A stretch of DNA of 64,000 nt from Candidatus Dadabacteria bacterium (GTDB taxonomy: Bacteria; Desulfobacterota_D; UBA1144; Nemesobacterales; Nemesobacteraceae): the NCBI GenBank assembly GCA_028823955.1, contig JAPPFE010000021.1, positions 4,165 to 68,164 of the forward strand, in the 5' to 3' direction. How positions within the stretch are numbered: the stretch's first letter is position 1; each line of letters starts with the position of its first letter. A program made the translations under genes and the position numbers. Below are positions 48,424 through 57,552 of this stretch, piece by piece. The notes beneath the pieces were generated by a model. That model was given only the letters and a program-made list of their open reading frames with translations. It did no database searches and was not told the DNA's origin.

Positions 48424-50166
48424 CTAGCGGAAAAAACTGCCGTGGCGGTAAAGGATGAGGGCAAGCGCAAGTGCCGAGCCGCAAAGAAGCCAGAGCGCGG
48501 TTTCTACGTCTCCCAGAACGAGCTTTCCCGTCCCTATCATGAAACAGAGAAGAAAGGATACGACAAGCGACCAGTTAAGAAAGACCGAGGAAAAAACTCC
48601 CTGCCCCGGCGCAATCCCCGCTTTCTTCCGGACGGGCGACCAGAGGCCAGGAGGTCTTACCCTCGAGTAAAATTCCGAGAGTTTTTCCGAGGACTCGGGA
48701 GCGGTGACGAAAGTGGCCGTAACCCAGCAGGCAATCGAGACGGGAACGACAAGTATCTGGTGGCGCAGTTCAAGCGGAATGCCCTTGGCCTCAGTGTAGA
48801 GAATCAGAACCAGTATGGTCGCAAGCGACGATGCAAGCGCCACTATCTCGCTCCAGGCGTTTATCCTCCACCAGAACCACCTGAGTATGAGCACAAGGCC
48901 GATTCCCGAACTCATGGCCCAGAGAAATATCCAGGCGTCCCCTATGTTTTTTATCTGAAGCGCCACTGCGCCCGCGATAACGGCAAGCACCACGGTTGCG
49001 ATCCTCGAGACCGCCACGTAATGGCGCTGCGGGGCGCTTTGCCGCACGAACCTCCTGTAAAGATCGTTCACTAGATACGAAGCCCCCCAGTTAAGGTGCG
49101 TCGATACCGTGGACATAAACGCCGCGAGAAAGGAAACCAGCAGAAGACCCCGAAGACCCGGCGGGAGAAAGTCCCTGATCATCACAAGGTAAACTGACTC
49201 ATCATCCCCTCCCGCCACTCCGGCCGCCTCGGGAAAGATTACCACCGAAGCCAGTGCAACCAGAACCCACGGCCAGAGGCGAAGCACATAATGGTTAAGC
49301 GCAAACCACGCTGTGCCCGCAAGGGCATGTCTCTCGTCTTTTGCGGAACAAAGCCGCTGTATGAAGTAACCTCCACCGTCAGCGTTGTGGGAGGACCACC
49401 AGACAACAGTCATGAAAATAAGGAATGTGAAAAAGTCAGAGGAAAAAAACTCTTCAGTGCCTGCAGCCTGCGTGATGAACATGGAGGTCTGCTCAGGGGG
49501 AAGCTCCGCGATTTTGCTTACGAACTGTCCGTACCCTCCGACTGCGTCAGAGTTTATTACCACGACCGCGAGTATGATCGTGCCGCCGAGCGCTATGGCG
49601 TACTGCACGAAATCCGTTATCACGACTCCCCAGAGCCCGGAGAAGACCGTGTAGATGAGCACGATTCCTACGCAAAGCGAAACCGCGTATATCTGCCCCA
49701 CTCCGAAAAAGACCTCAAACACCTTGATCATCGCGGTTATAACCCACCCCATCACTATGAAATTAAAAATCGTCGAGAAATAAAACGCCTTAAACCCCCG
49801 GAGAAACGCGGCGGGGCGGCCCCCGTAGCGAAGCTCTATCAGTTCGTTGTCGGTTATAACCTGAGCCCTTCTCCAGAGTCTCGAGAAAACCACTATCACG
49901 AGCGCGTGGCTGAAGATGTAGTTCCACCAGAACCAGTTCTTCCATATCCCTTCGGTCCTTATCCACCCGGTTATGGCAAGCGGGGTGTCGGCGGCAAAAG
50001 TGGTGGCGACCATCGAGGTTCCAAGAAGCCACCAGGGAAGCCCGCGCCCCGAAACGAAATAGTCTGAAAGACTTCCGGACGCCCTCCTTGAAAAATAAAG
50101 GCCTACACCCAGGGAAAAGACCAGGTAGAGGCCGAGCAGCATCCAGTCTACGGCGTGGAGTTTCAT
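48424..50166 (-). CDS. sodium:solute symporter (SSS) family transporter
   Basis: 580 aa, ~13 TM helices. SSS N-terminal signature. 4-bp overlap with nagZ. Confidence 0.85.
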   Translation of the reverse strand: MKLHAVDWMLLGLYLVFSLGVGLYFSRRASGSLSDYFVSGRGLPWWLLGTSMVATTFAADTPLAITGWIRTEGIWKNWFWWNYIFSHALVIVVFSRLWRRAQVITDNELIELRYGGRPAAFLRGFKAFYFSTIFNFIVMGWVITAMIKVFEVFFGVGQIYAVSLCVGIVLIYTVFSGLWGVVITDFVQYAIALGGTIILAVVVINSDAVGGYGQFVSKIAELPPEQTSMFITQAAGTEEFFSSDFFTFLIFMTVVWWSSHNADGGGYFIQRLCSAKDERHALAGTAWFALNHYVLRLWPWVLVALASVVIFPEAAGVAGGDDESVYLVMIRDFLPPGLRGLLLVSFLAAFMSTVSTHLNWGASYLVNDLYRRFVRQSAPQRHYVAVSRIATVVLAVIAGAVALQIKNIGDAWIFLWAMSSGIGLVLILRWFWWRINAWSEIVALASSLATILVLILYTEAKGIPLELRHQILVVPVSIACWVTATFVTAPESSEKLSEFYSRVRPPGLWSPVRKKAGIAPGQGVFSSVFLNWSLVVSFLLCFMIGTGKLVLGDVETALWLLCGSALALALILYRHGSFFR

Positions 50167-51680
50167 GGATCTATTCTCACCGGAAGCTTAGCAGCCGACG
50201 TCCGCTCTCCCGCAAGAATTTCCGCGGCAGCGCGGCCCGCCGCGCGCGAGGAATCGAAAAGCGAGATCACGGTATCGAAAAAGGGAAACTCGGCTGCTGG
50301 ATAGGGAGAGCCGAAGGTAAGCAGAATTTTTTCACCCGAAAAGGAGGAAAGACCGTTTACGTAATCAGCTATCGCCGGGGGAACAATGCAGTTCTCCGTC
50401 CATCCTGCCGGGGCTGCGGATAAAACGCACACGAGCGAGGAAACATTTTCCCTTGGCGGCAGTTCGGGGCAGCAAAAGCTCTTCTCCAACGTCACCCCTC
50501 CCTCGGAGAATCCCTCGCGAAGCCCATCCAGAAGCTCCTCCGTATCTTCCCTGCCAAAATGAAAGACCGAGACTTTTTCGCCGCGAAGCCTGCCTCCTCG
50601 AACAACACAGGCCGAGCGGCGGGCGATTTCCCCTGCCTCCTCGCGGTTTTTCTTAAAATCGGGTGGCGGAACCTCGTCCCCGCCCGAGGCGAAAAGCCCC
50701 TTCGCGTAGGATATCCTGGAGAGAGATTCTCCCCGAGCAGTATCTTTAAAAAAGTCATCCTCCGCCCTTCTTTCGAGAAATCCCTCTGGATCCCTTGGGT
50801 CAAGAACTATGTCCACCCCGCTCGCAAGAGCCGCCAGAATGTTTTCCTCCTCCCGCTCATCCCCTCCCAGCGCGTCCATCCTGAAGGAATCCGAGACGAT
50901 CAGGCCGTTGAATCCGAGTCTTCCGCGCAGAAGGCCCCGCAGAATCGGTTCCGATAGGGTGGCAGGGACTCCGAGAGGGTCAAGGGCGGTATAACAGACA
51001 TGGGCCGGCATTACGCAGTGAAGCCTTTTCGCAATCGCTTCCCGAAAAGGCAGAAGATCCGATTCCATGAGACGCTCAAAAGACCTTTCGACTGTAGGAA
51101 GGCAGGCATGGGAATCCTCGAGGGTGGCGCCGTGGCCCGGAAAGTGCTTCCCGCAGGCTAGCACTCCCTCTTTCTGCATGGTCTCTGCAAAAACTCCTCC
51201 CAGTTTCGAGACAACCGCGGGATCATCAGAGAACGCCCTTACGTTTATTATCGGGTTTTGTGGCTCGGAATTAACGTCAAGAACCGGAGCGAAGGCAAGA
51301 TTTAGCCCGCAGCATCTCATCTCCCGGGCCGTTATCATAGCCTGACGCTTTAGAAGCTCCTCGTCGTCCATCGCCCCCTGGGCCATCGCGAAAGGAAAAA
51401 GAGTCCCTCCCGAAACGCGCTGACCGAGGCCCCTTTCAACGTCGCAGCCGAAAAAAAGCGGAAACTCGGAGAGATCCGAAAGCCTCCGCGTGGTCTCCCT
51501 CACCCGCTCGACATCCCCGTTGAATATTATGAAGCCGCAGACACCGAAATCCCGCGCGAGACGCTCCGCCCGTTTGACCGAGCCGGGGTCCTGAAAATCG
51601 ATTCTCGGCATAATAAACTGTGCCGCGCGCCGGGACGCGGGGAGATCTTTTGACGAAAAAACTGAAGGATTCTCATACAT
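50163..51680 (-). CDS. nagZ: glycoside hydrolase family 3 beta-N-acetylhexosaminidase (NagZ-like, with C-terminal extension)
   Basis: GKHFPGHG motif. Start placed at MYENPSVF (51680), directly after the anmK stop. Confidence 0.8.
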   Translation of the reverse strand: MYENPSVFSSKDLPASRRAAQFIMPRIDFQDPGSVKRAERLARDFGVCGFIIFNGDVERVRETTRRLSDLSEFPLFFGCDVERGLGQRVSGGTLFPFAMAQGAMDDEELLKRQAMITAREMRCCGLNLAFAPVLDVNSEPQNPIINVRAFSDDPAVVSKLGGVFAETMQKEGVLACGKHFPGHGATLEDSHACLPTVERSFERLMESDLLPFREAIAKRLHCVMPAHVCYTALDPLGVPATLSEPILRGLLRGRLGFNGLIVSDSFRMDALGGDEREEENILAALASGVDIVLDPRDPEGFLERRAEDDFFKDTARGESLSRISYAKGLFASGGDEVPPPDFKKNREEAGEIARRSACVVRGGRLRGEKVSVFHFGREDTEELLDGLREGFSEGGVTLEKSFCCPELPPRENVSSLVCVLSAAPAGWTENCIVPPAIADYVNGLSSFSGEKILLTFGSPYPAAEFPFFDTVISLFDSSRAAGRAAAEILAGERTSAAKLPVRIDP

Positions 51681-51682
51681 TT

Positions 51683-52864
51683 TTACAAGGTATTCTTCCC
51701 AATCGAGATTTTTCCGAGAAACGTGGCATCCCGGGCTCCCGTAACTGCTGGCACGTTCGTCCGGTTTCCACACACGGTTTCATTCGCAAGCACCGCGAAT
51801 CCTACAGCTTCCTTGGCATCTGCGGGAATGCCGTATTCATCCGAGAGGCAAAGCCGCGTTGGGGCGAGCTTTTCACGAAGCCTCGAGACCATTACGGGGT
51901 TTCTGGCGCCGCCGCCGCTCAGCACGACTTCTTCCACATCCGCACGGGGGTAAATGAATCTTTCATAGGCAGAGACTATGGAGCAGGCAGTAAACTCGAC
52001 GAGGGTGCGCAGGAGATCGGGAAGAGATACCCCTTTTTTCTGGGCAAGGGAAAAAAGCCTCCCCGCCATCCGTTCCCCGAAAAGCTCCCTGCCGGTCGAT
52101 TTAGGGGGTTCTATATCAAGGTACGGATTTTTCATGAGCCTGCGGAAAATGTCCTTATTAACCGAACCCTCCCCCGCTATTGTGCCGTCCTCATCGAAAC
52201 TCCTCTCGCCCCCCGAGGCAAGGCGCACCACCGAGTCCACCAGGGAATTGCCGGGTCCCGTATCGAAAGCCAGAAGCTCCCCGAGTTTTTTCGTGACCAG
52301 AGTGCAGTTGGAAATGCCCCCTATGTTATGGGCTATTACGTTTTTACCGGTTCCGGAAAACAGCAGGTAGTCGACGTAGGGGATAAGGGGCGCTCCTTCT
52401 CCGCCCGCCGCCATATCCCTAGTCCTGAAATCTCCCACCGTGGTAATTCCCGTAGCCTCGCAGATAACGTCCGCTTCGCCCAGCTGAAGGGTCGAGGAAA
52501 CCTCCTGTCCCAGAGAAGGGGGATTATGAAAAACCGTCTGGCCGTGGGTGCCCACCAGGTCAATGTCGGTCGTTTTGAGTGCCGCCTTCCGCAGAAGATC
52601 AAAGACCGCCGCAGAAAACTCCTGGCCGAGCAGGAAATTAAGATCGGACAGTGAGGCGGTGTTCAGGGCGCTGGGAGAGAGAAGGAGGTTCCTTGCGTCA
52701 TCGGAGTATTCCCGGCAGATAAAGTCCTCAACCTGTACTTCTGTATCCTCTCCCGAGTCGCGAATCCTTACCAGCGCCGCGTCAATACCGTCCATCGAAG
52801 TCCCGGAAATGAGACCGACAGCCAGTTTTTCCTTCTTCGAAATTATCGGACGAAGCCAGTTCAC
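51683..52864 (-). CDS. anmK: anhydro-N-acetylmuramic acid kinase
   Basis: 393 aa. N-terminus GLISGTSMDGIDAALV typical of AnmK. Confidence 0.9.
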   Translation of the reverse strand: MNWLRPIISKKEKLAVGLISGTSMDGIDAALVRIRDSGEDTEVQVEDFICREYSDDARNLLLSPSALNTASLSDLNFLLGQEFSAAVFDLLRKAALKTTDIDLVGTHGQTVFHNPPSLGQEVSSTLQLGEADVICEATGITTVGDFRTRDMAAGGEGAPLIPYVDYLLFSGTGKNVIAHNIGGISNCTLVTKKLGELLAFDTGPGNSLVDSVVRLASGGERSFDEDGTIAGEGSVNKDIFRRLMKNPYLDIEPPKSTGRELFGERMAGRLFSLAQKKGVSLPDLLRTLVEFTACSIVSAYERFIYPRADVEEVVLSGGGARNPVMVSRLREKLAPTRLCLSDEYGIPADAKEAVGFAVLANETVCGNRTNVPAVTGARDATFLGKISIGKNTL

Positions 52865-52922
52865 GCGGAAAAAGTTACCTGATGAAAAAAGGATTTAGCA
52901 GACGGAATGAGCATGGGGCCAG

Positions 52923-53855
52923 TTACGAATTCCCCGCCGAGCGGGATATGCCCCTTAGGGTTTTCTTCAAGTACCCGCCGTTTTCCCGCAGCACTTTGAC
53001 CGACTCTTCGGGCAAGAGGCCGCCGAGTTTCATTACCACGGCAACCTTGAGATTTCCGCCGGCTTTCTGGAAAAGCGAGGCAGCCTCCTCTTCCCCCACG
53101 CCACATATGTCCATTATGATTCTCCTTGCCCTGTCGACAAGCTTTGACGATGTGGGCTTAAGGTCAACCATCAGGTTTCCGTAAGTTTTCCCGAGAAGTA
53201 CCATCGCGGTCGTCGTAACCATGTTAAGGACCATCTTGGTAGCGGTAGCGGCCTTGAGCCTGGTGGAACCCACTATCACTTCAGGACCGACAAGAAGGGG
53301 TATGACCAAGTCGGCCGGGGTGTTCTCTGGCTCGCTGCAGCATACAAGTATGCTTGTACAACCAACCGTCTTTGCATACTCAAGAGCTGATATCACAAAC
53401 GGCGTACCGGAGCTCGCCGCGATTCCCAAGACCACGTCGTCCCCCGAGAGTTTTTTGTCACGGAGGGCTTCCACGGAAGCCGTAGCGGAATCCTCAGCAC
53501 CCTCGACCGAGTTCCATACTGCATCCCGCCCTCCCGCCATAACCGCCTGCACCGTTTCGGGATCCGTTCCGAAGGTAGGCGGGCATTCGGCAGCTTCCAT
53601 TACCCCGAGCCGCCCGCTTGTCCCCGCCCCGACGAAAAAGACCCTGCCGCTACGCTCAAGGGAGCGGAAAACCATTTCCGCTGCCTGGGAGATGGAATCT
53701 TTTTCCCTGGAAACGGCCTCAAACGCCGCTTGGTCTTCCCCGCTTACAAGATCGATGATCTCGGAACATGAAAGTTCATCGATACTGACCGTCCTCGGGT
53801 TTGCTTTCTCTGTGAGCAGGTGTCCTGTCCGGCGAGTCTTTTCCACAGGAAACAT
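52923..53855 (-). CDS. murQ: N-acetylmuramic acid 6-phosphate etherase
   Basis: 310 aa. SIS domain with GAGTSGRLG. Confidence 0.9.
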   Translation of the reverse strand: MFPVEKTRRTGHLLTEKANPRTVSIDELSCSEIIDLVSGEDQAAFEAVSREKDSISQAAEMVFRSLERSGRVFFVGAGTSGRLGVMEAAECPPTFGTDPETVQAVMAGGRDAVWNSVEGAEDSATASVEALRDKKLSGDDVVLGIAASSGTPFVISALEYAKTVGCTSILVCCSEPENTPADLVIPLLVGPEVIVGSTRLKAATATKMVLNMVTTTAMVLLGKTYGNLMVDLKPTSSKLVDRARRIIMDICGVGEEEAASLFQKAGGNLKVAVVMKLGGLLPEESVKVLRENGGYLKKTLRGISRSAGNS

Positions 53856-53947
53856 TATATCTGAAACATGCGCCGCTTATCCGGAGAACCGTCCGCGGTG
53901 CCGGGTTTGATTTGTAAGCGATATCCGTATAGAGTGCTTTGGATATT

Positions 53948-54021
53948 GCGGGTGTAGCTCAGCTGGCCAGAGCATTGGCTTCCCAAGCCAAGGGTCGCGG
54001 GTTCGAATCCCGTCGCCCGCT
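53948..54021 (+). tRNA. tRNA-Gly (anticodon CCC)
   Basis: Hand-folded cloverleaf. Acceptor stem GCGGGTG/CGCCCGC. D-arm GCTC..GAGC. Anticodon stem TTGGC/GCCAA with loop TTCCCAA. T-arm GCGGG-TTCGAAT-CCCGT. CCA not encoded. Confidence 0.85.
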
Positions 54022-54148
54022 CTCACTCTCTGAAGGCTGTATTTGAATTCTGGTTGTCGCACTAATATCAAATCCGCCCGATTTGTATTGATGATTCTGC
54101 TTTTCCCAATCCGAAAAAATTAAGTTCGTGGAAAAACATTTAGAAATA

Positions 54149-55369
54149 TCATAAGAGGGTAAATTGTCGGCGAATCTCTCCAGTACCAACAAACTGAGAG
54201 AGCAGGCGGTAGTTTCCTTGTTCATGGCGAACCCTGCCAGCCACTATTGCCGGATGAATATTTAAAGCTCTTGCCAGATTCATAACGGCTACTGCGGTAG
54301 TTGGCTGCTTGCTGGCCTCGCTGGTATCCCAAACTGCTTTTGGTATTAATGCTTCCTTAACCCATTGGTCTGCTTGTGTCTCCATTTCATCTTGTAACAT
54401 AGATCTGGCTCCGCCCAAACTTAAATCATCAAAAAAGGCGTCCCCTTCGTTATTGTCAATATGAAGTCCAACATGGGCTAACTCATGTAAAAGACAGAAC
54501 CAGAAATTATCAATCCGGTCATAACGTAGAGTAAGACCAATGACTGGCCTCCCGTCACTGCCTCGCAGTGCCGCCCCATCAAGATATGTCTTCGGCAGAT
54601 GCCTGACTGTCACAAAAGAAATACCGTTGTTCGCCAAGAACTCCGCCGCAAGTCGCGGTCCTTCTTCCGACCAGCTCATTTGTGCAAGCTGACTCAGAAA
54701 ATCCAACGTTACGGTTCCGGGTTTGTAAGCCACCTCGGGACGATTCTCGTTCGCCGCACCCAACACCTTCCAGCACCATGCCTTGAGCGCATACGGATCC
54801 GTTTTGGCATTTAGGCGACGGTAATCATTCTTTCGGTAAAAAGCAGCATAAGCCACATCCCGACCACCTGCACGTTCAATCAGTTCACCAATAATTTCTT
54901 CAGCGCGCTCCTTCAAGTTGGGAACACTTGGAATCCACTCCCACTTCGCCATAGTTTTGAGTGGGAACCGGCCCCACTGAATATCGTCCTCGGGATTCTC
55001 AAGCCCTGCATCCGAATTGCGAATCAGCACTTCGGCTGGAATACCAATATGTTCATGAAGAGCTCTCGCCATAGGCATAGTTATGGCGCGTTTCCCGGAA
55101 AGCACTTCGGAAACCCTCGCACGGCTTCCTATGAAAGGAACCAAGTCGCGCTGATTCAAACCTGCCTGCTCCATGCGAAATTTGATCGCTTCAATAGGGT
55201 CTGGATACCCCATTGGCACATGTTTGCTCTCGTAGAGCTCAACAAGGTCAACCAGAACATCAAGTTCTGCGCCCTCGGGACTATCTAATTCGGCTTCAAA
55301 GATTTCGTCGATACGAGCCAAGGCAGCTTCATAGTCTTCCTCGGTACGAATTGGTTTTACGTTAACCAT
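54149..55369 (-). CDS. higA: HigA antitoxin (XRE HTH) fused to an ImmA/IrrE-type HEXXH zinc metallopeptidase domain
   Basis: Residues 1-128 align along their length with E. coli HigA (YgjM), ending in the HTH RVSEVLSGKRAITMPMARAL. Residues ~130-406 are an extra domain containing HELAHVGLH (HExxH) in ImmA/IrrE (COG2856) context. GGAGGAGG SD. Starts 2 nt after the higB stop. Confidence 0.8.
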   Translation of the reverse strand: MVNVKPIRTEEDYEAALARIDEIFEAELDSPEGAELDVLVDLVELYESKHVPMGYPDPIEAIKFRMEQAGLNQRDLVPFIGSRARVSEVLSGKRAITMPMARALHEHIGIPAEVLIRNSDAGLENPEDDIQWGRFPLKTMAKWEWIPSVPNLKERAEEIIGELIERAGGRDVAYAAFYRKNDYRRLNAKTDPYALKAWCWKVLGAANENRPEVAYKPGTVTLDFLSQLAQMSWSEEGPRLAAEFLANNGISFVTVRHLPKTYLDGAALRGSDGRPVIGLTLRYDRIDNFWFCLLHELAHVGLHIDNNEGDAFFDDLSLGGARSMLQDEMETQADQWVKEALIPKAVWDTSEASKQPTTAVAVMNLARALNIHPAIVAGRVRHEQGNYRLLSQFVGTGEIRRQFTLL

Positions 55370-55371
55370 TT

Positions 55372-55665
55372 TTATACCTCCTCCGCATCTATACGATCAT
55401 ACTGCGCGTGGGTTCCCACGAAACGTATATAAACCACGCGGTATTTATAGTTAATTTTCACGACTAATCTGTACTTATTGCCCTTTATGTTAAAAACCAC
55501 TCGATTGTCCCCCAAGATACTGGCACTACGGTACTTTTCTTTTACCTCGGCAGGAGTATCCCAATCTTCTTTCTCAACCTCGCGATACCAACTGAGAAGT
55601 GATTGCTCTGCATCTTTATAACACTCATAAAATTCCCGCAACCTTTTCTTGGCTATAATTCTCAT
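55372..55665 (-). CDS. higB: type II toxin HigB (YgjN-type, RelE/ParE superfamily mRNA interferase)
   Basis: 97 aa. Similar along its length to E. coli HigB (MRIIAKKRL ... NIKGNKYRLVVKINYKYRVVYIRFVGTHAQYD). Toxin-first higBA order. Confidence 0.85.
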   Translation of the reverse strand: MRIIAKKRLREFYECYKDAEQSLLSWYREVEKEDWDTPAEVKEKYRSASILGDNRVVFNIKGNKYRLVVKINYKYRVVYIRFVGTHAQYDRIDAEEV

Positions 55666-55678
55666 GTAGCAACTTATA

Positions 55679-55714
55679 TCGCTCCCAATTTAATTTGAAG
55701 TACTTCGCTCCCAA
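55679..55714. promoter_or_regulatory. two copies of TCGCTCCCAA (55679-55688 and 55705-55714) in the higBA promoter region; candidate HigA operators
   Basis: Direct 10-bp repeat read from the sequence. The proximal copy lies between putative -35 (TTCAAA) and -10 (TATAAG) elements on the minus strand. Confidence 0.4.
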
Positions 55715-56011
55715 ACTGATACAATTCTAACTTCTTTCATTCAAATGTCAAACAGTAAAATTTTGGTACAGACTTCATATAGAAAAAGAGGCTTAGTTCT
55801 TGTTTCCTAGACGAAGTGTTGCATTTAAAAAACTACGGGGTAATGCAAATTGGCATTAAAAGCGATCGATTGAAATAACACAACAGCTATGGAGCCGTTA
55901 ACATTAAAAACGCTGTTAATTTAAGGTTTGTGACAAATGCAGTTTAATTCACGTCTCAACTTCGAGAGTTCTAAAATCAAACGATTTATCGAATTGAAAA
56001 ACCAGAACCAA

Positions 56012-56683
56012 TCAAGACCTTTTCTTAAAAACCAGATACTTAAGGCCGAAGAAGTTCCAGAAAAGCGTGAATATCAAGGATACCGCAGCTCCTATGTTCG
56101 CCCACACCGTGGACGAGATGGAGCCCCCCGAACCTCCAAATTCGGCAACCACGTACGAAGCAACCGTAACGTTTATCACGAGCCCCACGCCCACGACGGC
56201 GAAGAACCTTATGAACTGGTTCATCCATCCCTCGACCTCCTTGCTGCGAAACGTCCAGAACTTGTTCCACGCATAGCCGTTAACGTTTGCCAGAATAAAG
56301 GAAGCCGCCTTGAAAACCGAGTAGAGGATCCCCTCCGCCACCCCGGAATAATAGATGAGCAGGTTAAGTATTCCGAAGTCGATTACGAGGTTAGAAAAAC
56401 TTATGACGCAGAACTTTGCGAACTGGACCAGCGAGGACCAACGGGAGAAAAACCCGAGAAAAAGAAAGTGGATCACGGGACTCAGTATGAACATCCCCCA
56501 CTGCACTCCCACAAGCTTGGAGTACACTCCGGGCATCTCGGCGCGAAGCGTGAAGAAGAGAAGCAGTATGAAAAACGCGTTTATCTCGCTTATTACGAAT
56601 AAAACGGGATAATCCGATCTGGTCATGGGGGTTTTCGGGGAAAAAAAGGGTTGTATCCCGAAGCAAGAAGCTTCGGGATACAA
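56012..56683 (-). CDS. GtrA-family membrane protein
   Basis: GtrA signature ANVNGYAWNKFWTFR and 4 TM helices in the C-terminal ~130 aa. The long N-terminal extension suggests the true start is an internal ATG (56536 or 56494). Confidence 0.55.
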   Translation of the reverse strand: MYPEASCFGIQPFFSPKTPMTRSDYPVLFVISEINAFFILLLFFTLRAEMPGVYSKLVGVQWGMFILSPVIHFLFLGFFSRWSSLVQFAKFCVISFSNLVIDFGILNLLIYYSGVAEGILYSVFKAASFILANVNGYAWNKFWTFRSKEVEGWMNQFIRFFAVVGVGLVINVTVASYVVAEFGGSGGSISSTVWANIGAAVSLIFTLFWNFFGLKYLVFKKRS

Positions 56684-56709
56684 CCCTGAAAAATGTACTT
56701 ACCTTACCT

Positions 56710-57483
56710 TCAGTTAACTACCTGGTACTGGGGGTAGACGAAGCTTCCCTTGGTCCAGATCGCCCAGGTCGGATCCGCAAGCGGCTTAAGCTTGTGAAGC
56801 GAATGTCCCTCGGGAGCCGTGAACGTTATTTTCGGGTTAGCCATTGATACCGTTCCCCCGTTCCACGGGATCGGGTACTTGACCACTCCCTTGTCCTCCA
56901 TAAACCCGAAGTAGTTAAGGTGTCCTCCGCCGAATCCTCCGAGTTCGCTTCCGACCTCGGCCGTGGCCTCGATCATCGACTGTCCGCCGATTTCAAGCTT
57001 TGTCTTAAGCACTCCGTTCTCTACCACGGTGGTGGTCATTCCCTCCTGAGCGGGAATTCCGACAGGCTTGGTGAACTCCCTCATCGTGGGAGAGCTGTTG
57101 TAGTAATGAACGAAGTACCTTCCGGGGTAGGTTATATCGGAATCCATCACGTACGAGTTGTGACCTTCAAGCTCAATCGTCAGATAGGTGAGCGTGTACG
57201 CCCCGAATCCCGAGGTCTGGTTCTTGTCGGGAACCGTGTACATGTTTATGACCACGTGATTGTTCGGATGGGGCTTAAGACCCGCCGGAAGCATCGATTT
57301 CAAAACCTCCGGGTCGGCCTTGTAGGCTGCGATGAACATCCAAGCACCGGTTACCAGCTGCGGGCCCGGAAGCGAAAACGACTTGGCCGGGGCCGGCGGG
57401 GCCTCACCCGAGTGCGTGGCCGTGAGCGGAACGGCACAGAAAACCAAAGCAATCAAAAAAACCAAAAACCTTCTAGCTAACAT
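56710..57483 (-). CDS. hypothetical exported protein
   Basis: 257 aa with signal peptide (LVFLIALVFCAVPLTA). Confidence 0.5.
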   Translation of the reverse strand: MLARRFLVFLIALVFCAVPLTATHSGEAPPAPAKSFSLPGPQLVTGAWMFIAAYKADPEVLKSMLPAGLKPHPNNHVVINMYTVPDKNQTSGFGAYTLTYLTIELEGHNSYVMDSDITYPGRYFVHYYNSSPTMREFTKPVGIPAQEGMTTTVVENGVLKTKLEIGGQSMIEATAEVGSELGGFGGGHLNYFGFMEDKGVVKYPIPWNGGTVSMANPKITFTAPEGHSLHKLKPLADPTWAIWTKGSFVYPQYQVVN

Positions 57484-57552
57484 CTTTATTACCTCCTTAA
57501 GACTTTCTGATTCAATATCAAGACGTCGCCGGAAGCAAGGTCCGCTTGAACC

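Noticed and set aside
55937-56602. Plus-strand 221-aa ORF overlapping the GtrA-like gene
   Set aside because: The minus-strand frame encodes a multi-TM protein with the GtrA NxxxWxFxF signature. The plus-strand product is hydrophilic and Arg/His-rich without motifs.
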